A stretch of DNA of 64,000 nucleotides, from positions 26,317 through 90,316 of the IMG/VR virus record IMGVR_UViG_3300025131_000014, one strand, 5' to 3'. Positions within the stretch are counted from its first letter, which is position 1. Each line of letters opens with the position of its first letter. Source of the DNA: a virus. A program made the translations under genes and the position numbers. Of the stretch, positions 12,001 through 17,835 are shown one piece after another. The notes beneath the pieces are model-generated. The model had not been told where the DNA came from and made no database searches. It worked only from the letters and a program-made list of their open reading frames with translations.

Positions 12001-15000
12001 TAGACCATTTTCTTCCATATTAGAAAGAAGGTTTTGTTGCCATTTCTCTACTAAAAGATTTACATCGTTTTGTGTGTCTCCACTAAAAGTTAAGATCTTT
12101 GATCCCTTATTTGATCCATCTACATTTCTATTAGGAGTAAATTGTGCTACTACCCTAGTTACTTCTGCTTTTGAAGGGAAAGCTATTACAAATTGAGATT
12201 TTAGTTGATTGGGATTTTTAACATTTTTATCTTTATCTAGATGCATTAAATAATTAACAAGTGCTCCTATTTGAGCATTACCTGTATCTAATGCATATTC
12301 TTTTAGTACTCTTACTATACTATTGAAATCTTCAGGAGTTCCTACTAATATGTTTAATAGGTTATTATAAAGATCTTCATAATTTACAAAAGTATCTAGT
12401 CCTAGATAATTCTTTTCTTTTATATACTTAACCTTACCATTTACTTTTTCTACACCTGTAATTTTAGAGAGTCTTGATAAGATAAGCCTAATTTGCCAAG
12501 GAGCGGTCTTTTTGGAATCTGTACGAAGTTTTGCTTTTGAACTGTAGTTTTCTGTAATTCCGTCCTCTATATAGGTTTCATCTTTTTCCTCTTGGACCCC
12601 TTCTTCTAAATCATAGAGATACTCAACAACTCCACTGTCTTGTATTTTTATTCCAATTCTTCCAAGCTTTTCATTTACTACCTTTTGTATTGCATCAAAA
12701 TTATTAATCAAAGCTCTAAACTTTTTAGCTCTTTCTTGATTTGCTTCTATATCTGTTGCACCTGCAACATTTTTAATGAGTTTACTTTGAAATCGGTTTA
12801 TAATATTTCTTATTCTTATTTCTTTTCGTTTTTTAGTTTCACCAGGTCTTTCTTTTGCTGCTTCTAGTTCTTGTTTCATCCCTTCAAGGCTGAAGGTTTT
12901 TCCATTTTTAAGGCCTTTAACTATTTTTTTATAAAGTCCTTCATCTTCTTTAAGTCTTTGTAAAGCATAATCATATAACTGACTTGCTTTAATGTTTTTG
13001 TTACTATTAGCTAAAGTGTCGTAATGATTTAGTACATAAGCATATACACTATCTGATCCTGCAATAAGTTCATCACCTGTAAGGTCTTTATTTTTTATTC
13101 CTGGTAATAGTTTTTCTATAAGTTCATCTAGTTTTTTTGTAGGTTCTTGCTTTGCAGGCATTTCGTCTACATTTTCTAGACTATCTCCCCAAATATCAAG
13201 TGGAGTAATATCATCATTACCTTCTATTCCATCAAGTATACCTCCATCGCCACTTTCTTGACCATAGTCATCTTCATCTTCTTCTTCTTCTTCTTCTTTT
13301 GTTTTTTCTAGATCTTCCATGAAGTCTGGTTGTGGCCCAAATAGTTCATTAAGAATATCCTCTTCTACTCCGAGTTCGTCACTTCTTTCTTGATTAGTTT
13401 CTTGTTCTACTACTCCTATTTGTTGATATTCTACAGTTGGTTGATCAAAATAGATCCATTCTTTTGTTCCATCAGATAAGGTTACTTCTTCTCCACGGAA
13501 TTTAGATAAAAGGTTCTTTTTTACAAAGGTTTCATATCCTGTGGTTTCATTATTATTACTTGCTTTTCCTTCTATTGAATCTATAACATACTCTCCATTC
13601 TCTTTTTGAGTTAATATAGGAACGGTAATATTTTTATCTTCTCCTAATTTCTTATAGTTAACAGCAAATTGACTGTTATTTAAAGCTTCTACTAGCTTAT
13701 CTTTCTTTTCATGAAAGTGTTCAAGGCTTAAAAAATTCATTGGTTTTGCCCATACATCTTTAATAGTAAACCTAACAGTTAATAAATTTCCTTCATTATC
13801 TGTTCTTATATGAAATTGTCCATAGCCTGTTTTAGCTCTTTCTCCTCTTTCTGCATTTCCATCTTCTGTTGTAAATGCGTGATCAACTACATATAACTGA
13901 ACAAACTCTTTTAAAGCATCAGGACTATTAAGAATATCAATTTGTGTCATTGCTTTTATGCCTTTGACTATTTTTTCATTTTCTTCTCCAATATTTTCAG
14001 CTCCCATATGTCCTGCCAACATGAAAATTTCTATTGCTTTGGCAATAGTATTAGCATAAGCTGTTCCATCTACTGCAACTTTTCCTTTAGTTATAAGATT
14101 TTGTATTTCATTAAGTTGTGGAGCCCGTACATAAGCTGCAAAGCTTTGCTTGTCTTGTGGTGTGGGAAGAACAATATATACTGCTCCGTTAGCTAAATCT
14201 TTTCCATTTTTTACATATTCTAAAGAATTCTGTTCAAAGGGAGATTCTCCTCTCATTAATATTCCATTAACTGATACACCTAGTTTAGCACTTGGTCCTA
14301 CTACATCTCCTAATTGGGTTTCTTTATATCTACCTGTATGCTCATCTTTTTTATTAAAGATCAGATGTCCTATTCCTTTCTTACGTATTTCAATTTCAAC
14401 TCCTTCCTTTTTTTCAAAGGCATCGAAAGCAGCATTTCTAAAGTCTTGTAATCTTTTAGTTTGTATGGCCCAATTATCTATATCTAGTTTACGTCCAGTC
14501 CAATTAACTACTCTTCTAAATACAAAGTTTGCTAAGGGCACTCCATTGGAGTCAACTTCTACTTTTAGTTTTCCGTCTTTGAGTGTATATGCAGTACCTG
14601 CATCATGGATATACGCAACAGGTTCTCCATTCTTGTTTTTTATAACAAGAGGAGTTCTCATTCTTATTTCTTCTTCTGTAGGATTTTCTTTTGCTTTCCA
14701 CTCACCAAAGGTCATTTCTTCTCTTTGGCCTTTATCATTTATTATAGTACTGGTAATTGGGACTGAATCTGCTGCGGGATCTACTTCTACTGTAAAAGTA
14801 TCTCCTACTTGAAATCTTGTATGTGATTCAATATCATTATGAAGCGTACTACTCTTCTGATCTCCTGTAGATACTGTTCTAATCGTTCTAACATCCCCAT
14901 TATCGTCTACTACTTCTTTAAACTCTCTAGCAAGATAAGCCATAGAAAGAGAACTTACTTTTAAGGTTCCTGTTTGTTCTTGTCCTGTTTCTGCTTTTGT

Positions 15001-17826
15001 TAATTGATTTATCTCTTCACTTTCATTAAGGTTATTTGTTTCATGATTATCTATATCTTCTTTTGTCAGATTACCATCTCCAGTACTTCCTTTCTCAGCA
15101 TCTTTATAGTCTGTTTTTTCTTTAGGTGTAAATTTAGGGGTAACATTTGGATTATCTTTAGGATCTGGAGTATTGTCAGCGGCTGCTTTATTAGTTTTTT
15201 GGACTTTATTAGCTGTATCTTTAGCTGTTTGAGCTCCTTCTTTTTTTGCTGATTCAAGTTTTTCTTTTCTTTGTTTTTCCAGGTATTTTTCCATGGCACC
15301 AGGAACAGTCATTTCATCATATTCTTTTTGAAGTACTTCTATTCCTAATTTCTGTGCTTTAACTAAAGCTTTACCATGTACTATCCCTGTATATTCTTCC
15401 CCTGTAAGTTGAGCAAATTCTTTAAAGCCTTTCATTGCATCAAGAAGTTGTTTACTTTCTCCTTTTTCCCATCCTTCAGTTTTAGACTGGAAAATCTTAT
15501 AGAGTTTATGAACAGCTCCAAGAGATTCAGGATCTAACTCTTTTAATAGAGCATCAGCTTCAACTGGATCTTTTTCAGCTTCTAGTATTTTTGCGGCATA
15601 ATTTTTAAATACATCCATTATTACACCAGCATGCTTTTCAGCATTTTCAGTACCTTTATCTATCTTATCTTGGATGTGTTTAAGAGTTTTAGCTCCTGAT
15701 TCATTTATACGAAGTCCATGTTTTATTCTAACATCTTTTCTAGCTTTTCCTCCATCTTTACGATATGTAGAACCATCTTCAGATCTAGTTTCTTCATGAG
15801 CTGTTAAATCTTTTCGTAACTCAACAAGAGCTTCTTCATTAGAATCCCATTCTGTAAAAACATCCATTAATTCAGAAGAAGTTCCTTCATATCCAGCATT
15901 ATCTAGTCTTTCGCGAAGTTCATGCTCAAACTTAGTTATCTGTTCTTCTATGTCTACTATACTATCTTTAGAACTTCGTATTTGTACTTTTTTCCCAAAA
16001 ACTAAATGAGCATAGCTCATTGTTTCTTGATCTCCCATCCAGTATCTATCTATTGCCTGGTCATAGTCTCCTTGAAGAGTCTTTAAGTCATTTATTTTTT
16101 GTCTGGCTACCTTTTTATAATAAAGCGGGGAATCTTTATTTGTTTCCATTCCTTCTCTTCCTGCATCTGTTTCTCCATCTTCTCCTACATTTGTATCATC
16201 TATACCTTCTATAGCTTCTAGCATAGTAAGATAAACATCAGGAGTTCCATTTTGAAATGCTGAAAAGACTGCTATATTAGAAAGTGCTTGCTGTGCTTTG
16301 GTTATTTTATCCTGATTTCCTTCTGCTACGCCTTCTTCAAGATTAGTATATACTGTACTCAGCTCTTCTCCTTTCTCAATAAGTTGTCCCAATTCTTTTT
16401 GATATGCTTCAGCGATCAGTTCATTTTTAGACTTTAAAGGTTCTAGTCCTTGTTTAGCTCTTTTTATATTCTTATATGTGTGTGCTACATTATCTATTCC
16501 TCCTAAAACCATTGTATTACCCACTCCCCCTAAAAAGCCTAAAGTCATAGCTAAGGTTCCTTCGGGAGATGTAAATGCTTCTGCTATTCTATCTCCAAAT
16601 CCAGTATCTTTTTCCCATGCTTGTAAAGTTCCTAAGTTTTTTCTTCCTGTAAATTCTCCTTCTTTTTGAGATATTTCATTTACTAACTCCTCAGCTGACT
16701 CAAATCCTCCTTCTTTTACAAGTCTTCCCATTTGTTTCCAACCTCCTTGCTTTAGAACTTTAGGTTCAAGTTTTAATCTTTTATACCAGTCTGTAAATGT
16801 TTCTTTGGTTCCGTTATCTAATGTTTTTAAATTAAACTGTTTAAACATCCCACCTTTCATTGCTTTAGTGGATTTAAAAAGTGCTCCTACTGCTGTATAG
16901 TTCAAAGCAGTATTAAACATGTTCATTCTTACTGTAGTAGCAGCAGCATTAGACGCTTCTTTTTGAGCTGTTTCTTTGTCTTTGCCAATTTGAATTCCTT
17001 CCTTATATACAGTGTCATATACATTTACACCTACCATTATTCCTTCTGTATAGGCTAAACTAGCTGCTGTCATTAATTGGGCACCTTGATCGAGTCTTCT
17101 TCCCACAAGACCTGCATTTGCTGCAGCTTTAACTCCAAGTTTTCCTTTAGATACAGCACTAGCTAGATGTTTTGCTCCTGCTTTTAAGCCTGTGCCTACC
17201 CCAAAACCTGTTATACCAAACTCTACAATACTTTCTACAAGTCCTCCAAAGTTATTTATCCACCATGCAGAGTCTGAAGGATCCCACACTTGACTTGGGG
17301 AAGTTCTATATATTGGATCCCAAGCTTTCATTCCTTCGCTTCCTTTTCTCATTGACTCTGATAACCAGTTATCGTAATCTGTGTCGATAATATTCATCAT
17401 TCCTAGGTAGTTCTGATAATCTCCTATATAACCTACTGTTTCAAGAAGCCCCATAGCTATATTAGGGAGTAATTGATAAGTAAACTTTCCTAGTTGTGCT
17501 CCACCGCTTTGCCTTTCTGCCCTTAATCTATTAACTGCTGCTACATCTGGATTTCTAAGGTCTGTTCTAATTGTAGTCATGTAATCTTCATAACTTTCAA
17601 AGTTATCAAGACCTACCATCTTTAAAGTTGTGAGATCATGTCCTTCTGCAGGAGCAGGCAGACCTTTTCTTTTATCATCTCCTATTTGTTTTACTTCACT
17701 AAGAATTGAAGATAGGTTAGACTTTCTTGGACTTTCTGGGGGATTAACTGTTTTTACATTTCCCTGCTTTGGAGTTTCACTTGATAGTCCTGTTTGGACA
17801 TCAATTATTTCTGCGAGTTTAGCCAT
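1..17826 (-). CDS. Giant virion RNA polymerase polyprotein, partial (runs off window edge, at least 5942 aa)
   Basis: ATG at 17824-17826, 9 nt after the stop of the upstream gene. Hand translation at many points (1-60, 1.4-2.2k, 3.3-4.6k, 5.3-5.7k, 8.5k, 11.5k, 13.1k) stays in one frame. The ORF track shows no long minus-strand ORF here, as expected if the frame has no stop in the window. Contains RIPFQGHSSM...IVTQMGSDFDVDKL, the crAss-type two-barrel RNAP active site. Confidence 0.93.
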   Translation of the reverse strand, partial: MAKLAEIIDVQTGLSSETPKQGNVKTVNPPESPRKSNLSSILSEVKQIGDDKRKGLPAPAEGHDLTTLKMVGLDNFESYEDYMTTIRTDLRNPDVAAVNRLRAERQSGGAQLGKFTYQLLPNIAMGLLETVGYIGDYQNYLGMMNIIDTDYDNWLSESMRKGSEGMKAWDPIYRTSPSQVWDPSDSAWWINNFGGLVESIVEFGITGFGVGTGLKAGAKHLASAVSKGKLGVKAAANAGLVGRRLDQGAQLMTAASLAYTEGIMVGVNVYDTVYKEGIQIGKDKETAQKEASNAAATTVRMNMFNTALNYTAVGALFKSTKAMKGGMFKQFNLKTLDNGTKETFTDWYKRLKLEPKVLKQGGWKQMGRLVKEGGFESAEELVNEISQKEGEFTGRKNLGTLQAWEKDTGFGDRIAEAFTSPEGTLAMTLGFLGGVGNTMVLGGIDNVAHTYKNIKRAKQGLEPLKSKNELIAEAYQKELGQLIEKGEELSTVYTNLEEGVAEGNQDKITKAQQALSNIAVFSAFQNGTPDVYLTMLEAIEGIDDTNVGEDGETDAGREGMETNKDSPLYYKKVARQKINDLKTLQGDYDQAIDRYWMGDQETMSYAHLVFGKKVQIRSSKDSIVDIEEQITKFEHELRERLDNAGYEGTSSELMDVFTEWDSNEEALVELRKDLTAHEETRSEDGSTYRKDGGKARKDVRIKHGLRINESGAKTLKHIQDKIDKGTENAEKHAGVIMDVFKNYAAKILEAEKDPVEADALLKELDPESLGAVHKLYKIFQSKTEGWEKGESKQLLDAMKGFKEFAQLTGEEYTGIVHGKALVKAQKLGIEVLQKEYDEMTVPGAMEKYLEKQRKEKLESAKKEGAQTAKDTANKVQKTNKAAADNTPDPKDNPNVTPKFTPKEKTDYKDAEKGSTGDGNLTKEDIDNHETNNLNESEEINQLTKAETGQEQTGTLKVSSLSMAYLAREFKEVVDDNGDVRTIRTVSTGDQKSSTLHNDIESHTRFQVGDTFTVEVDPAADSVPITSTIINDKGQREEMTFGEWKAKENPTEEEIRMRTPLVIKNKNGEPVAYIHDAGTAYTLKDGKLKVEVDSNGVPLANFVFRRVVNWTGRKLDIDNWAIQTKRLQDFRNAAFDAFEKKEGVEIEIRKKGIGHLIFNKKDEHTGRYKETQLGDVVGPSAKLGVSVNGILMRGESPFEQNSLEYVKNGKDLANGAVYIVLPTPQDKQSFAAYVRAPQLNEIQNLITKGKVAVDGTAYANTIAKAIEIFMLAGHMGAENIGEENEKIVKGIKAMTQIDILNSPDALKEFVQLYVVDHAFTTEDGNAERGERAKTGYGQFHIRTDNEGNLLTVRFTIKDVWAKPMNFLSLEHFHEKKDKLVEALNNSQFAVNYKKLGEDKNITVPILTQKENGEYVIDSIEGKASNNNETTGYETFVKKNLLSKFRGEEVTLSDGTKEWIYFDQPTVEYQQIGVVEQETNQERSDELGVEEDILNELFGPQPDFMEDLEKTKEEEEEEDEDDYGQESGDGGILDGIEGNDDITPLDIWGDSLENVDEMPAKQEPTKKLDELIEKLLPGIKNKDLTGDELIAGSDSVYAYVLNHYDTLANSNKNIKASQLYDYALQRLKEDEGLYKKIVKGLKNGKTFSLEGMKQELEAAKERPGETKKRKEIRIRNIINRFQSKLIKNVAGATDIEANQERAKKFRALINNFDAIQKVVNEKLGRIGIKIQDSGVVEYLYDLEEGVQEEKDETYIEDGITENYSSKAKLRTDSKKTAPWQIRLILSRLSKITGVEKVNGKVKYIKEKNYLGLDTFVNYEDLYNNLLNILVGTPEDFNSIVRVLKEYALDTGNAQIGALVNYLMHLDKDKNVKNPNQLKSQFVIAFPSKAEVTRVVAQFTPNRNVDGSNKGSKILTFSGDTQNDVNLLVEKWQQNLLSNMEENGLIDLIGGKAYISKDKAKAIYDEYVRLSNEALQSLRQKKGEEYDAQKAQIEVAAKTQEILQLLGIELSAKTALKLVMSPKTTLGRLNQIGGTIDSPTALLHSGGQGRFIKHLFETLLVKPTVIRGSLVLYKGQEYTVKEVKGDKVKLVSHWIAKKNVEPVISFESKNPFRDLTEGQIARIRALAKADVKIGGVSMGTGTRDVTNQLLYKYSDLSKFTEQAKVLLLADSYEPKEKESQPQEIERAAQYVNTLSKMAFQWNSEWLGAFNRLTLGEKITPDMLPPGLNEQEKQIITDIYNKRQGRYINGQSLRNTFRVEIADGISHGIRRGTAAALEQMTPKEMEIYKIGLFQNHGNQTRAKYLYMTPSEHTVIPIIHALRKQVKIAWNEVKDVEEIAGLEEEALDALYDIYEAEMLRIKSFQTLSEKERNKVNSYKDGGDKFIMFPFLNKEQLEENQSDITTSIWDGEGNIIIPLGEEQKASIKSVIARNIIAAINEQVKDWQTMGMFKRTSKEKNGQITYIWEMTGFSEKYMNSLNNRETLGGNTNTPGFTVDTINRRKIKAAAADYVVNYMFAHKEMFQVMSGDPAFYYKKAKKGTFQDTLINTFANLNKRLSEVRASGTKGYWHNPAIINSSVHHRRANHFNIVIANDRDVASKNLAQMTAMSKKLGKAYGANTGFESTDAQMLTTMGEYLTDLMAYGKISDTDFQVLTDKYEKQLAALKKIIAAKKAGDKTAETQARGELEKSKYTDMEMKDVILQPLKPVYTGFKMEQTTRAAITMYLKTSAFPLVPQVVEGLEIENVLLGLEDAGGDALIYVSGVKTGAQGVETIFDKEGNMLSDLKFKNVLSLDRSGYKIQQENPYKGAKEVIREATQGQKMLFENLFGKSKNGTDFDYLRTKFGEVQIKILEKKYNEFLTSVKAVKVKKEIEVEPDVWKEVETIQITDLRKLRKILVEEAMDRGYPLNDLMALGLTDGYTQFELPLGFHMSSFRMEPLVLSLIKNKILKSTLPGNAYIQGSNVGFKGVRGFNELSNSHKSDIVWTPGYNPEDGLNYMLTKDNKVQKAQILVPWTVKDGNGKILRISDYTKKDENGKVVFDSDKVSGDVLDLFGFRIPFQGHSSMAGFEIVGFLPEYMGDLAIVPDEIVTQMGSDFDVDKLRTYKYWTWVTKDGRIVKYASKEHAEDLLIKKEEKRKKAEEEGKTIDEAIKNIDELEAELRESMKGLQNQVIEIYNEVMSTPEAVIKGLTPLDEGKIRIGEIGLELEALKNKNEALPNFITPKAQRDFFFINKDGQTGMGVFSLFNTYLALAQTVDTQFKQVITDPENSKRKLLVPLQIKFKSDDGKEIYEGNKVSDVKLVSRKGTKNDVSSGFQSASMDNGNDQDLHKLNMSGSTFGIALAMISQGFDERYVGTFANQEAVHMWVKAYTTKISKVTEDIIMGRVKASEEAFNEVKEMIKKNGQITEDTDKLYPQDYLDDTFSLKEMKEMIGTAPENKGDNYWNDQLKILEALNVIQTMGEDISAAQNVTNTNQPLRHPGKTMLNALELKQKLVDVMDGEGITYLKGTEQIIGELNQQPNGDVFIFNPNGLIGASAMYGEVLATQLFKELYPYESPVFMQATNSIGELGGIASMNIDRKAEIFTDLKQYLNSLVFDQLFPDESLEDLRKRLLYDEVKERKEEEGKTTIVLARNSLARRVKALQQTEWGKRSKLLKRLYPRLSEDIGNTPSRLEYMASGNEKIEEPDLVREFFAWSQTDQKVPYTDGAEATVSLKKLAYDLIKYTYATGGTQSPRNFFRLIPYPVMMDLGYPEAIRSVASNVALLDTFILGQPLTNPFYYKNPTNFTRQYFQHKPYRTTKISSFDKKNQIKGKEYIKLKGTTAGQSIDGEIPTENEKFITTIEGLGNLGPGKFYAHFLSFRNNETNRWELYEKMGEEKEEGTLGYTVYRRISTLGTRQESEYNPNDPIAISLNTENLPEEIVELSGENTIPPPNTFNSGLKLVGDNLGKDPSEDPSITEVTKGIKNQKEQIIEMLEDIRFNSNSDYHKKMATAYKEVIETLPQNIKVTIKINGTKGPISSGVFRSSFNDQGEYTLAEVSFKREDTGWTSELAPENQRYLEETIIIHELTHFLTLAAINQVRKGIASPETKKIVNQLIKLATHTKDALIAASPDTRVLQGEDTTEEVVTLAQLFGKDGVTEADFIRVKEKSINNQTLTWAESTYIYPLVSINHPVNEFTAGISASKGLRTFMLSHKIPKGYEEGKNIWEKLLSLLADLVGSLKKDNPLAETFEDKSLYEAALNQTLNLVGAQKEFYKDAADIVEDSEFVDRVVTPDLYLGTYPEKTIKNIWDNTYQLKINLRSGLHGKARIERYGQAERDGGVGAVGGTGRTGKFYDAIPLTLEELEAYNNILRDTGYQGGEKEFKERMIEFQRAIADRLNKEYGFNDPTIVPEDSDIEVKEEVAQYYEGDITPEENTIFVFGSNPEGRHGAGAAKKAKDKFGAKYGQGEGLQGNAYALPTKDLRVKENKGLKSISPQQITESIKSLYETARANPNKQFKVAYRNTTKASLNGYTGLEMIDMFNAAGPIPSNIIFSKEWFNTGKLNIGPAQQTSEVEKKGTINVYWGQAESEYSTKILSNLAPREFTWKGREYGSVEHAYQSNKSGTFDQATYNKYVGIGGYGKKIRGKGTVAQMKKTDSLGLMKQLVVESFKQNSNSEAAKKLMQYESFTHNTNQLIDQAFLEGLILAQQELESTQPTQQSSGVKGVKVKKTENIKKGDIEEVPAITEEEKQVRYNQNPKEIAQKQKKVYRGVSLESQYKIDKNGDLTIFAQDNFGGKTTGVSLTPYLDTALDYATRSKSGTSKRVADKGKIIEITDEEIIKQLKFEAWDEIVSKKEIKIKKGKYTIKEYKYEKDKDLVQYERVIGDYVKGKLKEYKDMSIESLIAAKFNNEAQGEIIEHRGTWDEGVGRAAPGASQMIVEEFGGQPDLSVGRIIIDALIAKKFKEEFDSDNKKLEEYLKTKGTEYDGKFIPGEYFQNAYIPSGSWIHYTELAPKYKSSEDIEKPISRLNKYLDMTKRAEEWDSVYDPTPKDTLLNKTYTNAEGQRIEERLPKEIEVTDKYGEKITLKTEYVLIAAENKNKFQLNVGNIISALPIYKEPKEKWPTEWEALLTHIDEFYGEGMYTYMRTFSSLGRANKTPVNKQIVDILEWPEVGAVSDAFDYMDAVLAEYLDREREAGETIKNPITLEQWATKELNKNVTYKNLDQGILPFKELKADDPISDAGIDGNMMGDDFLDAAWGKDDMPKKEAPISLGELKKDALYAAVFISKKVHKTLLETFPAKHKNVHMHHSTIQFMPDQDLINSLPYTQEIPLTVIATVEDEKGQALIIENPQSKVKHPHITVSTIEGVGPKYSNELIKKAIKEGTVNKLATPIVVTGKIGIATKKGEVFYAQKPKAKEVPIRNLSLYNIEKGYGLLNRHGGKKLFTLITTANSRAEQIEAENPGVTAKVFPDSNRGYIIVVTDERPEGDYSTDAMPQKQRKKKRELDSATQIIINSLNNQIKNLERSITRASSLENKGEDPVAPLEARIAKIKEQRDDLLREQTSVETLKIAKEQLDWADKVLHKGGNLSELDSVIKIIKSWKGVMNRVTRETQFHGYNFGDIASQLQDLETRWTHGAREIIGKMVNSSAGLDLAMKDIFGPQFDTGAFAAQTRGAFSSQVPIVRIVDKWLQQAIIKASNEFEGHVKDINVAIEKLNIGPGNIKEKFDKLAQKDENGELTGNLLSRINRSYFQKLWEKRNHINSVKGVGPSNAAYKKHMLWQKENIVAIDIGMLIDGKEIYDPRKTDLGIEQAPTTAQQRKEYREQLIEKLVDGNEERREVATEMIDALLTEQKTLFNKFVENRTEIIEDLKVISVDKDGNFDLRAYEAARDKWDVQNSPFIYNELFNSLTSGGKIPSGAVLKYNFASRYVPSVPAAKHWNKEFEEVMKVPELKEFYDFYVNSMEKF
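1680..2070 (-). other. 2H phosphoesterase (CPDase/CNPase-like) domain within the giant ORF
   Basis: Two HxT motifs: HHSTIQF (about 1960-1980) and PHITVSTIEGVGPKYSNELI (His at 1825-1827). Confidence 0.75.
3300..3610 (-). other. ADP-ribosyltransferase-like (R-S-E type) domain within the giant ORF
   Basis: Ordered motifs VYRG ... GVSLTPYLDTALDYA ... KIIEI ... FEAWDEIV. Confidence 0.5.
3780..4170 (-). other. NADAR (YbiA-like) domain within the giant ORF
   Basis: ILSNLAPREFTWKGREYGSVEHAYQSNK ... LMKQLVVESFKQN matches the NADAR signature (LSN...Y.svEH.yQ..K ... M......KF.QN). Confidence 0.8.
4230..4620 (-). other. Phage macrodomain-like (A1S_2505-family-like) domain within the giant ORF
   Basis: TIFVFGSNPEGRHGAGAAKKAKDKFGAKYGQGEGLQGNAYALPTK, the characteristic FVFGSN..G.HG.GAA motif. 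Confidence 0.78.
5150..5950 (-). other. Zincin metallopeptidase domain within the giant ORF
   Basis: IIIHELTHF (HExxH at 5635-5649), with downstream NEFTA supplying a candidate third-ligand Glu. Confidence 0.75.
6200..13100 (-). other. crAss-type virion RNA polymerase core (boundaries approximate)
   Basis: DFDVD at 8545-8559. Further motifs seen: TDAQ, LQPLKPVYTG, YLKTSAFPL, VKTGA, LPGNAYIQ, RIPFQG. Confidence 0.9.
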
Positions 17827-17835
17827 TTAGTTCTA

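Noticed and set aside
60-17830. Many short ORFs listed in the track over the first 17.8 kb
   Set aside because: They are antisense or off-frame shadows of the giant minus-strand ORF, with Phe/Ser/Leu-rich low-complexity translations.
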